DNA of 64,000 nucleotides from Rhizophagus irregularis (Eukaryota): NCBI RefSeq assembly GCF_026210795.1, contig NC_089436.1, positions 372,001 to 436,000 of the forward strand, read 5' to 3'. Shown piece by piece: positions 40,101 to 53,976 of this stretch (position 1 is its first letter; each line of letters starts with the position of its first letter). The notes under the pieces were generated by a model. It saw only the letters and a program-made list of their open reading frames with translations, ran no database searches and was not told where the DNA came from. The position numbers and the translations under genes were made by a program.

Positions 40101-42788
40101 CCCAATCAGGAAGAAATAATGATGCGAGAAATGATGCAAAGAATAATAACATTAATAGATAATAATGGTATTTTATGAAAAAATAGAAAGGTAACAATAT
40201 CTTAAGAAATGGTAATAATGTGAACTCAAAAGTTCTGAACATCTACTTCTATTTTCCTAGTATTCCTATTTTCCTAATAACAATAACTGATAACTATTAC
40301 ATACAGTACTAGTTATAATGGATAACCAGTTCAATTACATGGATATAAAAAACTTAATTATAAAATATAAGAGTAAAAAGATAAATTACTATATATAAAA
40401 AAAAATAATATGAATTTAATAAGTATTTGGAATCCATAATAGACAACTATGTTGAAAAATAAACATACTACAAAAAAAGGCAAAAGTTATAAATTGCTAC
40501 AACAGACATCATTCAAATCTGGAACTTTGTCATTCCATTTATAATTAAATAATTAGAAAAAATGGTTTCCAGGGACTTGTAAAGGCAATTAAAAAATTGT
40601 ACTAAAAGCTTTTGCTTGAAAGCATCACACCATAGTTATACATACTATTGATATAAAGTAGAAATTTGATAAGATATTAGAAAATATAGAGAATATCAAC
40701 ATTATAAATATGATGAAGTAAGGAACAAATTTAACCATTGTTAAAATCTTTATAATGGACATTACAATTGAAGCTTAAAATATCATACTTCTTCAGATCA
40801 TGCTTATAAGAACTTTAACAAACAAAATTTTAGCAAATTATTCCAATTTCCTTAAAATATTATGATTACTTAAAGTGATAATTTAATGAGAAACTCTGTT
40901 TAATTTAATAAGCAACTCTACACAAAATATTTCTATATGTTTTTCATGGATTTTGCATTATCCCTGTTTTGTAGTTATAGTATTTCTAGGAATTTAATGC
41001 CACGAATATCATCGATATTTCGATGACCACTCAAACCGCGACCATAATAGAGTATGGTTGCGAATTGCGATTCAAGAATTAATTTAAATTATAATTTTGT
41101 TTAATATTAGATTAAGAAAGGAAAGATCAGCAAAATAATGATACTTATGTTTTTAATTCCTTTCTCTCTCGTCATTATCTATTTTAGGAATTTGAAAATT
41201 AAAATTTTAATTCTGTAATTCTGGCTAAAATTAACTTCATTAATAATTACCAAAATGAAAATCCTTTCTAAGAAATAACATCATTACTGCATGAATATAT
41301 TTCTAAGCTATTACGTTATATTATTCCATGATTAGAATTTCATAAAAAATCACGAGTTGTAGTGCAAAATTTAATATAGAAATACTAAATTAAAAATTAT
41401 CATATTATTTTTTTTTATTTTTAGAAAACCCGTATTTATAAATACAAAGTACACAAAAAGCAAAAAAAAAAGTAAAAAAGTAAAAAAAAAAAAAAGAATT
41501 AAATGAATATTAAAGAATTTTTCAATAATAACGTTTTAACCTATAGATTTTTAAAGAATATTTTTAAATATTTCTTTATTTAGTATTTATACATGTTCAA
41601 AATGATATCAATATTTATTTATTTATTGTTTTTCTCTAATAATAAAGAATCGTTATAAAGTTAATCGGCTGATTTATGTTTAAATCTTGAAATCTTTTGT
41701 AAACCATATTTAGTATTTCGGATTTTTTTAATATGTTAGAGTTTTAATCAAAAAAAAAATAAAGAATACCGGAGTTTCTGGTGCTATGTTACACAACAGA
41801 TTTTAAATGAACATTAAAAAATAGAAACATCATTGTCATTTATATGATGTATTTTTATACCTTCCATTTAAGTATTCTTATCTTTTACTTCCAAAAAAAT
41901 GGAGTAAATGGGAATTTTTACGAATTTAAAGGATGACTTTAAAAGATTAGTTAAAATTTTCTAAAGACTTCTAGTACAATCTAAAATAATTCATATTATA
42001 TTTCCTATTCAATTCTTTTATTGCCATTTCCAGTAAGAAATCAAAAAAAAAAAAACGGCCCGAAAACGCCAAATCTAAAAAACTTTGATTGAGAAACGTT
42101 GCACGATCATTATGAAAGTAAGATGTAACACGAACACTTATATTTCTAGGCAAGCTTAAATAAGATTTTGTTGGGCGGTCAGCTAAGTTCAATTTGGCAT
42201 TACTAAACTATATATGTGTATATTAATAAATCTGTGCATATGCTTTAACATATTGCATGCAAGAGTCAAAAATGACATACTAAACCACCTTTCTTTAACC
42301 TTTAAGTAAACCAAATGTATTGATTAGTTTAGGCTTTTACTATTCCATAAGAGTTCATTTAAAAAATCAAAATTGGTAGATACAAATCAATTACTATTCA
42401 AAAATACAGTGCATACAGCCCCTGCAACATAATAATAAATTATATATGTGGTATTATAGTATTTTTGTATTTACTGATAATTACAAACTATATAACATTC
42501 CAAAATTCTTTTTTCATATTTTTGTATCACGGTTTATAATTAATGCTTTTGAAATTTTTAACGTTCCTTAATATCTTTCTTTCATAACTACTTACATTAC
42601 ACTTCATTTTTTTTTTTTAAACCACCTTTTTCAAAATACATTTTATTTAAAACAATTAAATAATATATTTGTTTTTAAATATTTTTCACGTAAATATAAC
42701 TCTTACAATTACATTTCACTTTTTATTTTCATATTTTCATATTTTCATATTTTCATAATTAAATATTTCAAATATTTCCGATAACAAA

Positions 42789-43583
42789 ATGCCAACTTAC
42801 AAAAAATTAGGATCGAAAAGAACCCCAGGATTATATACCTTTGAGGTATGTGAAAAATTTCTTTTAATTTGATCTATATTTCATACTTTAATTACGAAAT
42901 TTAATACAAAAAAGAAAGCTTATTAGCGAGAGTGTGTTAATTTGCTTTAATATTTAAAGGAAGCACAACTTATTGAACTATATAATCAATATTCGGATAG
43001 AACAGATAAATGGAAGATAATTGCAGCTAAATTAAATCGTACTCATCAAAGTGTTCGTGGACAGTGAGTATCTTTTCTATAATAATTATAAACAAAATGT
43101 CAAAATATTCATTTTTACTTTAAGAATTAGTACTTACCTCTAATTACGTTTTTATTTTAGATATGTTAATCATCTGGATGAATCTAGTTTGTATTCTTTT
43201 TCCTTTTTTTTTCCTTTTTCTTTTTTAACAATCGATAACTTAATTTATTTTATTTCGAAATATTTAACTACTTTGTGATTTAAATTCTACGCGAAATTCG
43301 ATTTCATATTATAGTTGATAAATCCGAGTTAACATACGAAGAAAAATGTAAAATCGATGATCTTCAAACCAATCCATGTTATAATAATAAATATTATAAG
43401 AAATGGTCAGAAATAGCGAAGAAATTATCAGAAAATAGAAAGCAAGGAAGAAGAACTGAATTACAAGTTAAAAATTATTGGAATAGTAAAGAACGAAGTC
43501 AAAAACGTAAAAGTAAAAGTGAGGAAAAAAGTTATGAACGCATTTCTAAAATAATGAATATAAATTATATTATGGATGTTTGA
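42789..43583 (+). CDS. Two-repeat (R2R3-type) Myb transcription factor, 4 exons, 151 aa
   Basis: Exons 42789-42845, 42960-43063, 43161-43186, 43315-43583 total 456 nt, all GT-AG, no internal stop. Repeat 1: YTFEEAQLIELYNQY..KWKIIAAKLNRTHQSVRGQYVNHLD. Repeat 2: LTYEEKCKIDDL..KWSEIAKKL..RRTELQVKNYWNS. Confidence 0.88.
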
Positions 43584-43860
43584 ATATATAGAATAGTAAA
43601 AATAAGAAGCAAAAAAAAAATATTCCTTCATTATTTTTTTATTAATTAATGGTTTATCGATTATGGTTTATCGATTAATAATAATTATTGAGTTAAATTA
43701 GTTAAAGTTCAATAAATTTTTTTTTTTTTTTTCCAAGAAAAAAAAAATTTTTTACAATATTTAAAATAATTATTATATTAAAATTTCATTATGCACTTAC
43801 GCATTGTTTTAGATTCTCCAGTATACTAATTTTAGTTGTTCTGGTTTTAACTAATAATCA

Positions 43861-43976
43861 GTTATGAATCTTTACGGCGGAGAACATATCGGTTATGGAT
43901 CTTGTTATGAATCTTACGGCGGCGGAGGACATATCGATTATGGATCTTGTTATGAATCTTACACCGGAGGATATGG
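43861..43976 (+). repeat. ~43-bp tandem repeat, about 2.7 copies
   Basis: Unit GTTATGAATCTTACGGCGG..GGACATATCG(G/A)TTATGGATCTT; one frame reads GYGSCYESYGGGGHIDYGSCYESYTGGY. Confidence 0.75.
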
Positions 43977-46900
43977 TATCAATTGAAAACTTATAATTTT
44001 ATTTTTTATTATAGACCGAAATATAATGAGGGCGGCGTTATATACCGCGAATCTTTCCGAAAATTTTGGAGAGCTGGCTAGTTGTTGGTAAAAAATCAAC
44101 ATATTAAGCGGATAGAAAATATGTGAAAGTTTTTGATATTTTCCATTTTAGATGTTTTGACCCCGAAATTTAATATTATCTAATTTTTTTTTATTGGTGT
44201 AACATATGCGATGCAGATATATATCGTACTCTCCACCAAGAATTAGGTCACTTTAAAGATTTCAGGCCACAAATATCTTAAGAATGATGGTCAAAGCAAC
44301 GGAATACGTCTCATCATGGATAAGAAGCGATATATCATAAAGCTGCAAATGAATGAGATAATATCTCAGAGAAGTCTTACCATTCTATAACATTCTACAA
44401 ATTCTACAAATCATTCCATGATAATCACTAATAATGAAAAAACATTTCGATAATTAATTACGTGTCGAATGAAATCTCGACAGCTAAAAAGTTAATAGGT
44501 AAATCAAAACCAAGTTTTATTAGTCAGAAAAAATTGAGATCTTAAAACGACATCTTTTAAATCTTCACGTAATAGGATAGAGAGAGATATCGTGGTTGAG
44601 ATATAACTTGATTATTAATCTATCTATACAGAAAATGGATTATTGTTAATTATAACCTAGTATAGCTTGGAAACAACGGGAAAAAGAACATACGCCTCAA
44701 AGTATAGTCAAAAATCGATACTTTTTTATTCAGCAAAAGATTCGCGATCATGTTTGGAATATTAATAAAAATATTTTTTTTTTTTTGGAAATTTTATTTT
44801 TTGTGTTAGAATTTATTAAGGTTTATAATAAAATTTCTAAAGAAATTATACATTTACAAATTTTTTTAATTTATAAAGACTTTGGTATTTTGGGTTAGCA
44901 TAGCTGTGATATTCCTAAATTATAATTATGATTATAAATCCCGGATTTGTTTCACATTTGTTGCCACATTTACCATTTTACCATGCAAAGTGACGCTAAT
45001 TAATTTATAGGTCGACGATTTGCAGATTTTACGATTTTACGATGAGATTCAATTGGACTGTGTTACCATGTTTGACACCACAAAGTATGATCGACACAGA
45101 ATTAATCTATAAAACTTGTAGGCCAAATTTGGATTTCTTGTAACTTCTTTTAGAGACAGATGCATGATTTCGCTTTAACTTCATATAATTAATTAAAGAA
45201 GGTACTTTTTGTCATTATTATTGACTGAAATGAATGATATACATCGAACATATTCTTGTTTATCATATAAAGACAATAATCTAATGGGAGCCTTCTTTTG
45301 TTTTTTTTCTTCTTTAGGTTTAATTCTTCATCAAAATTATTAATATTCAAATGTTGAAAATGGAGATTAAATGGAACAGATTAAGTTGGAAACCACCCAA
45401 CTCGTTTATTATAACATTTATCATGACAGTGATACATCTGAACACCTTTTTCATTTAAAAATATACATTAATACATGATCCATGAGTTAACTGCCAAGGA
45501 TCTGCAGAAAGTGGGGAATATAAAGTGGCGTGAAAAAAAAAATTATTTTGAATAATAAACTATTTGATAAATATTATGTATTAAAATATGCTATTGTTAA
45601 ATGAGTTCACATAAAGAGCATTATTTAAGACGGCTATCGGAAAAAAATTACTAGCGATCGACATAAATATCATATGGATCAACGAATTTAAAAATAATAT
45701 CACCCGAGATCAGCACATTCGAAGTTCGAACTTGCGTCTCTTTAGGGCCGGAATTACAGAATGTCGGCTGGCATTATTGAAAAAAGGGAAATATTTGCGG
45801 TCTTAAATTTAAGCCTTTTACCACGTTCTTTCGAAAGAAAAGAAGCTAGTCTTAAAGTCTCTAAAAGATTAGCACTTTAATAAGATTCTTTAATAATTGT
45901 TCGGCCTAATAATTCGGTCTAATTTTAAAAAAAAGTAGGTCTAGAACACTTTTTTTTGATTTTTTTTTTTAAAAAAATAAAAAAATTATCGTTAAATTAC
46001 TTTATCATAATTAACAATTCCCACAAAGTTATATTCATTAAACAAGTTCTATTCTACAACATTTTGATCTAGAATATTTTATCACTAATATATTCATAGT
46101 ATAGTGGCGTATCCAGTGTGAAAAGGATTAACCAAAAGATCATTGGGCAAAATATTACATATCGATTAATAATAATTGAAAAAAAATCTAATATCAATAT
46201 ATTCTATTATTTTATATTAAAGCAAAACAATAAGTTGGAAAATTGTGACACGGTAATTTATTTATATCTAAAAGACTACTTGTATAGTTGTATTATTATA
46301 TTTATTTGTATCTGTAAACCTTTTAATTCAGTCGAATAATATGATAAGTATTTTTAGCAAAATATTTATACTAAAATCATCTTGACCTGAAAAAAGCGAT
46401 TGTTTATTGTTATAAATAATTTTTTTTTTTTCACATGTAAATGACAATATAAAAAATTATTATGCATCTAAGTTCTTTAGAATCTACCATTTAAAAAACA
46501 GGTTCATCTACGATAAAATCAAATAAAATCTTAAAATATAAATACGTATGATGATGACAATTGTTTTTTAAATTTATACATAAATGGTATATTGTAACAT
46601 TATTTAAAAAATATTTTTTTTGCTTAAAGTTATTTAATATATATTATTATTTTTATTATTTTCTATTTATAGGTATCCGCCGCAATTCTTATTTGGGCGA
46701 GAATGCGTGATCAATTAAATAATATTAGGACAATTCATTACTAAATTAAGTCATCTTTCAGCAGAATAGTTGATACTTAAGAAGAAGATAAAACATCTTA
46801 TTACAAGTTGTTTTTATAGAATTGAAAATAAATATAAATAACGTTTCACAACACTTCAAATATTTTCATCATAATAAAAACTGGCTTATTATCGGAATTG

Positions 46901-47319
46901 GACCAAAATTAAGGCCCCAAATTACTATTAAAATTGCATGTGATCATCGTAATTCTTTACACTATCCTTTGTTATTTCCATTCCCACTTCATCTTTTTCA
47001 TTTCTTTGCACTACCCCTTATTCTTTTTATTTCCCCTTTGCTCCATTTCAACATTTCATATACTTTACATTTTATAGTCCTAACTCCCCTTTAAACGTGA
47101 ACTCTTGTTTAAATTAAATAAACTCAAATTTTCGGTGGTGTGATTAATTCAGATAATGCATACTCCCTCTTTATATTGTAAATCGTGAGGTAGGGGAGTT
47201 TTTTATATTGTATAGTATAGCATATATTATCTTGTATTACTTTGTTTCAATTTTTGTAAATCGCACAATACACGATCAGTTACAATAAAATCTTTAAGTT
47301 TATTTGGAAGTTTTATTTA

Positions 47320-47733
47320 TATTCTGAAAAATTCGAGCATAGGCTAATAGGCTATGATAAATAAATTCATGATCAGTCATCAGGGTATGTGCGGAAGAAG
47401 CATCAGAAAGGAAGTATCGCTCAAAAAATAATTAGCCGTAATTATATCCCCTATTAAAAAAAAATTCTCTAATAAAATTCTCCGTCAAAAATACTTTCAC
47501 CTATTAAAAAAAATTCCCAAAAGAAATTCTTTATCAAGGAAACTCCCTCCTATTAAAAAAAATTCTTAACGAAATTCTCTATCAAAAAAAAATTTCACTT
47601 GTTAAGAGATTTAAGGTTTGCGGGTTTTCAACCAGACGAAGGAGAATTTGCTAATTGGGCTTACCAGGAATACCGGAAAAAGAAAGCACAAGAATTAGGA
47701 GTTGAAGTTAGTAATATTATTTTGGATGATTAA
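47320..47733 (+). pseudogene. Coding remnant containing a ~50-bp triple tandem repeat
   Basis: Three CCTATTAAAAAAAATTC..AAATTCT units (~47450-47600) followed by the protein-like RDLRFAGFQPDEGEFANWAYQEYRKKKAQELGVEVSNIILDD*. The upstream part has stops. Confidence 0.35.
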
Positions 47734-48261
47734 AAATTTTCTAACGAAATTATCTATCTAAAAAAAATCTTCCCTATTTATCTTAGACTCGGGCGCTAGT
47801 CCTGAGCTTTGTATTTATTTTCACGCACACGTAATTTTGATTGTGAAGATTCTTCACGGTTATACCTATGCGAATACATGTTCGATAAACTAACTTCTGT
47901 TTATTTTCCCGAATGAATGAAAGTGTGAGAATCTTAATAGTTAGATGTATTTATAGCGATAGCTGTAGAAATTACCATAAATGAAATAATATGACGCAGG
48001 ATCTCGCATTATATCATTTATTTCTTTGTAATAAAATTTTATACTCTATTCTGAAAAACAAAGCTTCATATGCATTGCAGACTTTTAAAAAATATATTAT
48101 TACATGAAACTGTTACAATTTTAAAAAATATGTTACATGAAATCGTTACAGCTAAAAAATTTTAAATATGTTACATGAAATTATTACAGTTAAAAACTAT
48201 TAAATTGTTCTATCACAAAATGCAAGTATGTTGATTGAAGCAGAAATTAACTTCCCACTAA

Positions 48262-50876
48262 TTAATTTTTTTTTACGACCTTAATCCTTTTCTTTGCTTG
48301 TTTATTCATACTGACTTTGCTATATAGATCAACTTCATCATTAAATAGCCTTTTTTTACATATTTCATGCGCAGTTTTTTCTTTTACCTTTTCAACGGTT
48401 CTTAGTTCATATTCCGAAGCAGTATTAGCGTCCAATTTATCATTGGCTATATGAAACAATAATAAAAGGTTATATAATGTAACATTAAGATATCTTAAAT
48501 CACAAACTCGTACCTTCAGAAAATTCAGCACGACTAGAATACGTATATCCATAAAAATCCTTGAAATTTGCTTTATATATTACAAGACAATTTGGATATA
48601 ATAAGTCTAAAGCATCTTCAGCCTTAGGTCCGTTTGTACATATGAAAAGCATCCAGTCCTTAAGTTCAGGAAATTTTTCCTTTAATTTTTTAAATGCCTT
48701 TTCAGTTTTATCATACATGGCTTTTATCATTTTCTTGCTTAAAGTCTGGGGCTGATTAGTTTTATCGTCTGAAGATTTTACTTGGATCGCAAAAAGGTAA
48801 TTATTAATGAAAAAAAAGAGATCAATTGGAGTTCCTTTACAATTCTTATATACGGTACAAGGTGACAGATGTTCATCCTGTGATATATGAGGATACCGAT
48901 GTTTAAGTTCCCGATATTTTATGGAACTTTCGTCAGGGAGCTTAAATTCACACTCTTGATGCTCTAAAAACTCAAATTCATTAAGATTATACGCGCCTCT
49001 GAAGAGATCTTTCATTGTCACGTTTTTGTTCTTATTCAAGATTGAAAGAAGTGCAAGCCGTAAAGTCCAAAATTTCATATTGAAAAATTCAAAGCTTTCC
49101 CAAAAAATATGAGAATCTTGCCGAATCATAGCTTCCCAAAATTTACATGATTTGTTATATGATGTTAAAATGACCATCCATATATAAGGCATGCGGACAT
49201 AAAAGGAAGTGTTATTAGCTACTTTTTCCAAATTTAGAATACCTTCTGATGAGAGGTCAATGTAAGATATTTTTCCACCTTTATCAGCTTCATCATCCTT
49301 AGACACAGGGATATTAAGGATGGCATGTGCAATTGCTGGAGTTATAATGTTAGCGAACTTCTTAAATTTGTATCGATCCATAAGTTCTTCCTTTACATGT
49401 GACACACAATGTATGTAATCCACATTATTTGTTCCACGTTTAAGTTTCTTCAACAAATCTATATAGAAAATTTCTAGAGCCCGAATTTGCCCACCAAAGT
49501 CACTAATACAACGATGAAAAGTATCACTCTTGATGTAATCTTTTAGAGCATGATTATGTTCATAACAAGCAATAAATTCGCTAATTTTCCGAACCTCCCG
49601 TTCCCGAAGAAGGCGAAGTGGTAAAGGTAGAAAACGGTATGTTGATTCTCTGAACATTTCTTCAAGAGGACCTTGAATTGTTCCAGCCAAGATCGGTACA
49701 TAGAATGGACTTCCAGAACCAGAGCAATTTAATCCACCAACAGCATGCACAATTTCACGAACTGGATTGTTATAACCTCTCTTACTGTGCAAAATGTTTA
49801 ACTCATCAATTCCAAAGATAATTATGTCAATATCTGTGCCAATATCCTTGAGAACAATCTCAAATGCACCACTAATTGTAATTTGTTGATTGTAGATGGT
49901 GTCACCACACATCCTCACAAATTTTTCATAGTCAATAGTTCCACCGGCAATAAAATGTCCAAAAAGAATTCTCAGTGCGACCGATGTTTCACCAAGAGAT
50001 GCATCTACCAATTTTGCAGGAGTACTATTTCCGAAGGTAACATTTATGGCATACATCCTATCTTTGATTCTATTCAAGAGTTTATCATCATTCATATAAT
50101 TTTCAGCATTCTCGCGTAATAAAGTTGGAATTTCTTGGAGGAATCGGCTCTTTCCAGTACCTGGCCCATTTGCCAATAGAGGAATAGGGTGGATGTTTCG
50201 ATCTATCTTCTTACGGTTTTCAAATCTTTGACACATCCCATCCCGTGATCCATTACCATTAAATAATATTTTCATTGTTTCGTCTCTACCCTGTAAAGGA
50301 AACTTGGCACCATACGAATCCACTAACTGATAATATACATAAATTAGTAATCAGTAACAGAGGAGGCAACAACAGGTTGAAAACTAAAATATACTTTGGG
50401 TGCCGCGATTTCACTGGAACGCTTCAAAGTTTTTATCCAGTTGTAAATTGAATTAACATTACTCCAATCAACCACATCTATATGTGTGAATAGTGGCGGG
50501 TTAGGATACATAACTAAAAATAACACTCAAGTAATTTAACTGCGGATACTGTACCTTGTGGAAGGGTAGCGGGCGGTGGCTGTTCCACGATTATGTGGAT
50601 GTGTCTACTAGGGGGTTGTTCTTTGAAATGATCTCCAATAGTATTGAGATCGTTGTCCAATTTCTCACCTCCGAATTTTTCTTTGATGTCGACTCCCTCA
50701 TTTATCTCGTATTTTTTACTTTCGATAATACTAACTTTCCATAATTTTAGTTTGTGTGGGAGACTATCCAATCCTGCTTGACTCTTGATGATTTGTTTGA
50801 GTTGTCCTATGGTCTTTCCTGCATCGAAATCAACAGGAAATGCATTCTTTTCGCCTAAAATGATACAACCTAGCAT
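48262..50876 (-). CDS. Crinkler (CRN)-type protein: ubiquitin-like CRN N-terminus + P-loop NTPase + PD-(D/E)xK nuclease + helix-hairpin-helix, ~800 aa
   Basis: Exons 50876-50555, 50477-50395, 50326-48514, 48446-48262 total 2403 nt, in frame, GT-AG. CRN-N motifs NAFPVD..TIGQLK..LKLWKV..HIHIIV; Walker A GPGTGKS; Walker B IIIFGIDE; nuclease PIDLFF..FAIQVK; HhH LDANTASEYELRTVEKVKEKTAHEICKKRLF. Confidence 0.9.
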
Positions 50877-50962
50877 AATTTCTGTATAACTGCAATCGCA
50901 AAAATCGAGTTTTGAAATAGCGAATAGCTTGACATTTTACATGTATATATACATTTTCATAC

Positions 50963-51172
50963 TAAATGGTTGTTTAGTAATTACTACGAGCTGTGAGTCA
51001 GCTACGGACAGGATCAATGTACATATATTTTTTCATAAATTTCATAAATGATTGTTGAAACATCACTGACTCACAGCTCGTAATAATTATTCAAGGTTTC
51101 AGGGATCAATGTGTATATATATTCTTATAAATGGTTGTTAAATAATTACTACGAGCTGTTGAGTCAGCTACG
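50963..51172. promoter_or_regulatory. Triplicated module with three TGASTCA (AP-1/Gcn4-type) sites upstream of the CRN gene
   Basis: ATTACTACGAGCTGTGAGTCA occurs direct (~50980-51000), inverted (51067-51087) and direct (~51145-51166). TGASTCA at 50994, 51067 and 51160. Confidence 0.55.
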
Positions 51173-51793
51173 AACAACGATGTTTCAAGTGTTTCAAGAA
51201 TCAATGAAAAAAATTTATCATAGAAAATTAGCTAACGTCACAATGTCACATGAGGGTGCTGATCAATAATTAAGAATTAAGTATTGCCGCCTGCATTATC
51301 AAAATAGTCATACAATACCTTTCTACATCATGTTATTTATATCCATATTTTATATATTTTACTATTTCATTTGTACAATATTAACCCTAAGCTGGTATTT
51401 GACAAAACATTCCTGTAAAGTACTATTGAATTTATACGCAACATATTTTTATATTATTATTAATAAAAAAGTTGCGAAACGTCTAATACATAATTATCTT
51501 TTTGAAACTAAAAAAAAATTATGCAGGAGATATTTTTTCGATGCCAATTATTAAATTTTGTTTATAATCACTTCGATTAGTAATTATCTTGCATCATTGT
51601 ATTTTTTTTTTGAAACCTGATGTTGTCATTAATTATTTTTATCTTTTGTTTTGTTACTTAATTATTAAGTGATCGTCATGAATTAGTCAAATTCGCATTG
51701 ATTACGTAACTGCATGTTATATTAGCGAAATAGTAAAAACATCGCTATTGTTCATAACTAATTGATTTCAAAATCTTATAAAATTAGAAATAA

Positions 51794-53290
51794 CTAGATG
51801 TAACCCGTCGCGTTGCGGCGGGAATGATACTTGCCCATCAAGTAAGAGAGTAATAAAGAGAGTAATAATAACACACGTCTCCCATCACTCCTCTTCATCT
51901 TCTCATCAATTCTTTACGTCTCCCATCGCTCCTTTTCGTCTCCCATCACTCCTTTTCGTCTCCCATCACTCCTCTTCGTCTCCCATCGCTCCTTTTCGTC
52001 TCCCATCACTCCTTTTCGTCTCCCATCACTCCTCTTCGTCTCCCATCACTTCTTTTAGTCTCCCATCACTCCTCTTCGTCTCCCATCACTCCTTTTCGTT
52101 TCCCATCACTACTTTTCATCTCTCATCATGTCCTATTTCTCCTTTTTGCTTCCTATCACTTCTCATTACTCTTTTTTTCTCTTTCATCTTCTATTACTTT
52201 CCATTACTCCATTGTTATTTCGTTTTTTTATTAGCATCTTTCTCCTTGGTCATTGTAATTTATTTATCTTTTTATTTATTGCTATTGTTTAAATACAGTG
52301 ATTTTTTTCTTTAAAATCGTAAATGTGTGGCTTAAAAAATTTTAATATTTGCAAATAAAATTTTATCAAATAAGATTATTTTGAATAAATATGAAAAAAA
52401 ATTTTTTTTATAAATATCTTCGCAATAAAATTTAAGTTTTAACCGATCAAAATAGCTAAGTTAAAAAATCAGCCAAATAAATTTGTACATCATGTGACAT
52501 ATTTGAAAAAAAACCCAGGCGGTGATCGCCCAGGCGACAGTTAGCAATCCTCCCAAAAAAATATTTCACAATCCCCCAAAAATCAATTATAACAATCTAT
52601 TGCTATGAAAAAAAATTTCCCCAATTATAACAATCTATTGTCATGAAAAACATTTTCCCATAGAATTTACTAAACCGATCTATTGTTACAAAAAATAAAT
52701 AAATAAATTATGTCAGTCTATTTACATTGAGCCTACCACAGCGTCAATCCGATCACTGATCTAAATCTAAATGGTTTAAGAATGTGGTTTGGGAAAAAAA
52801 AAATAACAATGAAGAAGATTGAAAAAAAAGCGAAAAATAAAATTTGGGGGAAAAGAAAAAGGATAAGGAAAGAATAAAAGGAATCCGTAAAAAAAATAAG
52901 TACCGAAAAAAATTCTGAAAAAAAAGAATAATCTGGTCCAAAAAGACTGAAAAAAAAATTTTAAAATAAATTAATAATATGGTCTAAAAAAAGCGAAAAA
53001 AATAATAATATAAAAAAAAATAGTCTTAAATGACCAATAAAAAAAAAATTTTTCAGTTTGGGGAAAAAAAACAATAAAATTCTCAGGTTGGAAAAAAAAA
53101 CGAAAAAGAGGAAAAAAAATGAAAATTTTTTTTTAAAAAAAAAAGGAAAACAAAAAGGAAAAAAAAAGGAAAAGAAAAAGGAAAAAGGTTCGAAAGAGAA
53201 AAGAGGAAACTTAAAAAAAAGAAAGAACTGAAAGTAAAAGATCGATTCAAGAAAAAAAAAGAAAATTAAAAAAAAAGGAACTGAAAGAAT
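51794..53290 (-). mobile_element. Helitron 3' portion with 20-bp minisatellite; 5' end unresolved
   Basis: Minus strand ends with the hairpin CCCGCCGC-AAC-GCGACGGG, then TTACATCTAG|T (CTAG at 51794-51797). The body is homologous in reverse complement to ~1810-3750. Confidence 0.8.
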
Positions 53291-53976
53291 TCAATTCGAA
53301 TGGGATATGAAACAGAAAATTATCGCTTTTCAACAACACAAAAACAACATAATTTATCGGTCGAAGATGTATGATAAAAAGGAACAGTTATCTACGAAAT
53401 TAGTAGTTAAGAACACTTGAGATCCTTTTCTGAAGTGATTTACTAGGAAACATGTGGAGTTCGGTCCCTGGAGTGAACAAAAATAGTTAGTCTACTGAAA
53501 TAAATCCTAGAAGTGTTTCGTATTAGATATAATGGAATAATTGCCGTGCCCAAATCACCAAATCATTTTGTCATTATGGGCAAACATAGACATTAATGCT
53601 TTCTTGGAGTTATATTTCTTCGAAAGAACAATTTAACTATTTTAGTAAAGTATTTTATGTGATTAAAGTAAGGAAATAATGGCGTTTCACTAAATCTGCC
53701 CTCCCGAAAAAAATGTATGGAATTTTTTCTTGGCATTCCAAATTGGAACAGAGGCACATGTAATTTCGTTGGGGAAAAAAGATTTTTTACATGTGTATGC
53801 ATTTTTTCGTGTGAGTATGTGCTGTAATTGCATCGGAATAGTAAAACCGTTAACCATGAATTTATTCGAATTTTTTTTTGATTCATTTCAACTTTGTATA
53901 CATTTTTTACAGTATGAAAATAAAAAAACTCTAAGAAAAAGTGAATGAACTTGAGAAAATTACTCATTAAAGTTAA

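Noticed and set aside
51877..52125. 20-bp repeat as a telomeric or coding repeat
   Set aside because: Not TTAGGG-like; it lies within a Helitron and recurs in the other TE copy.
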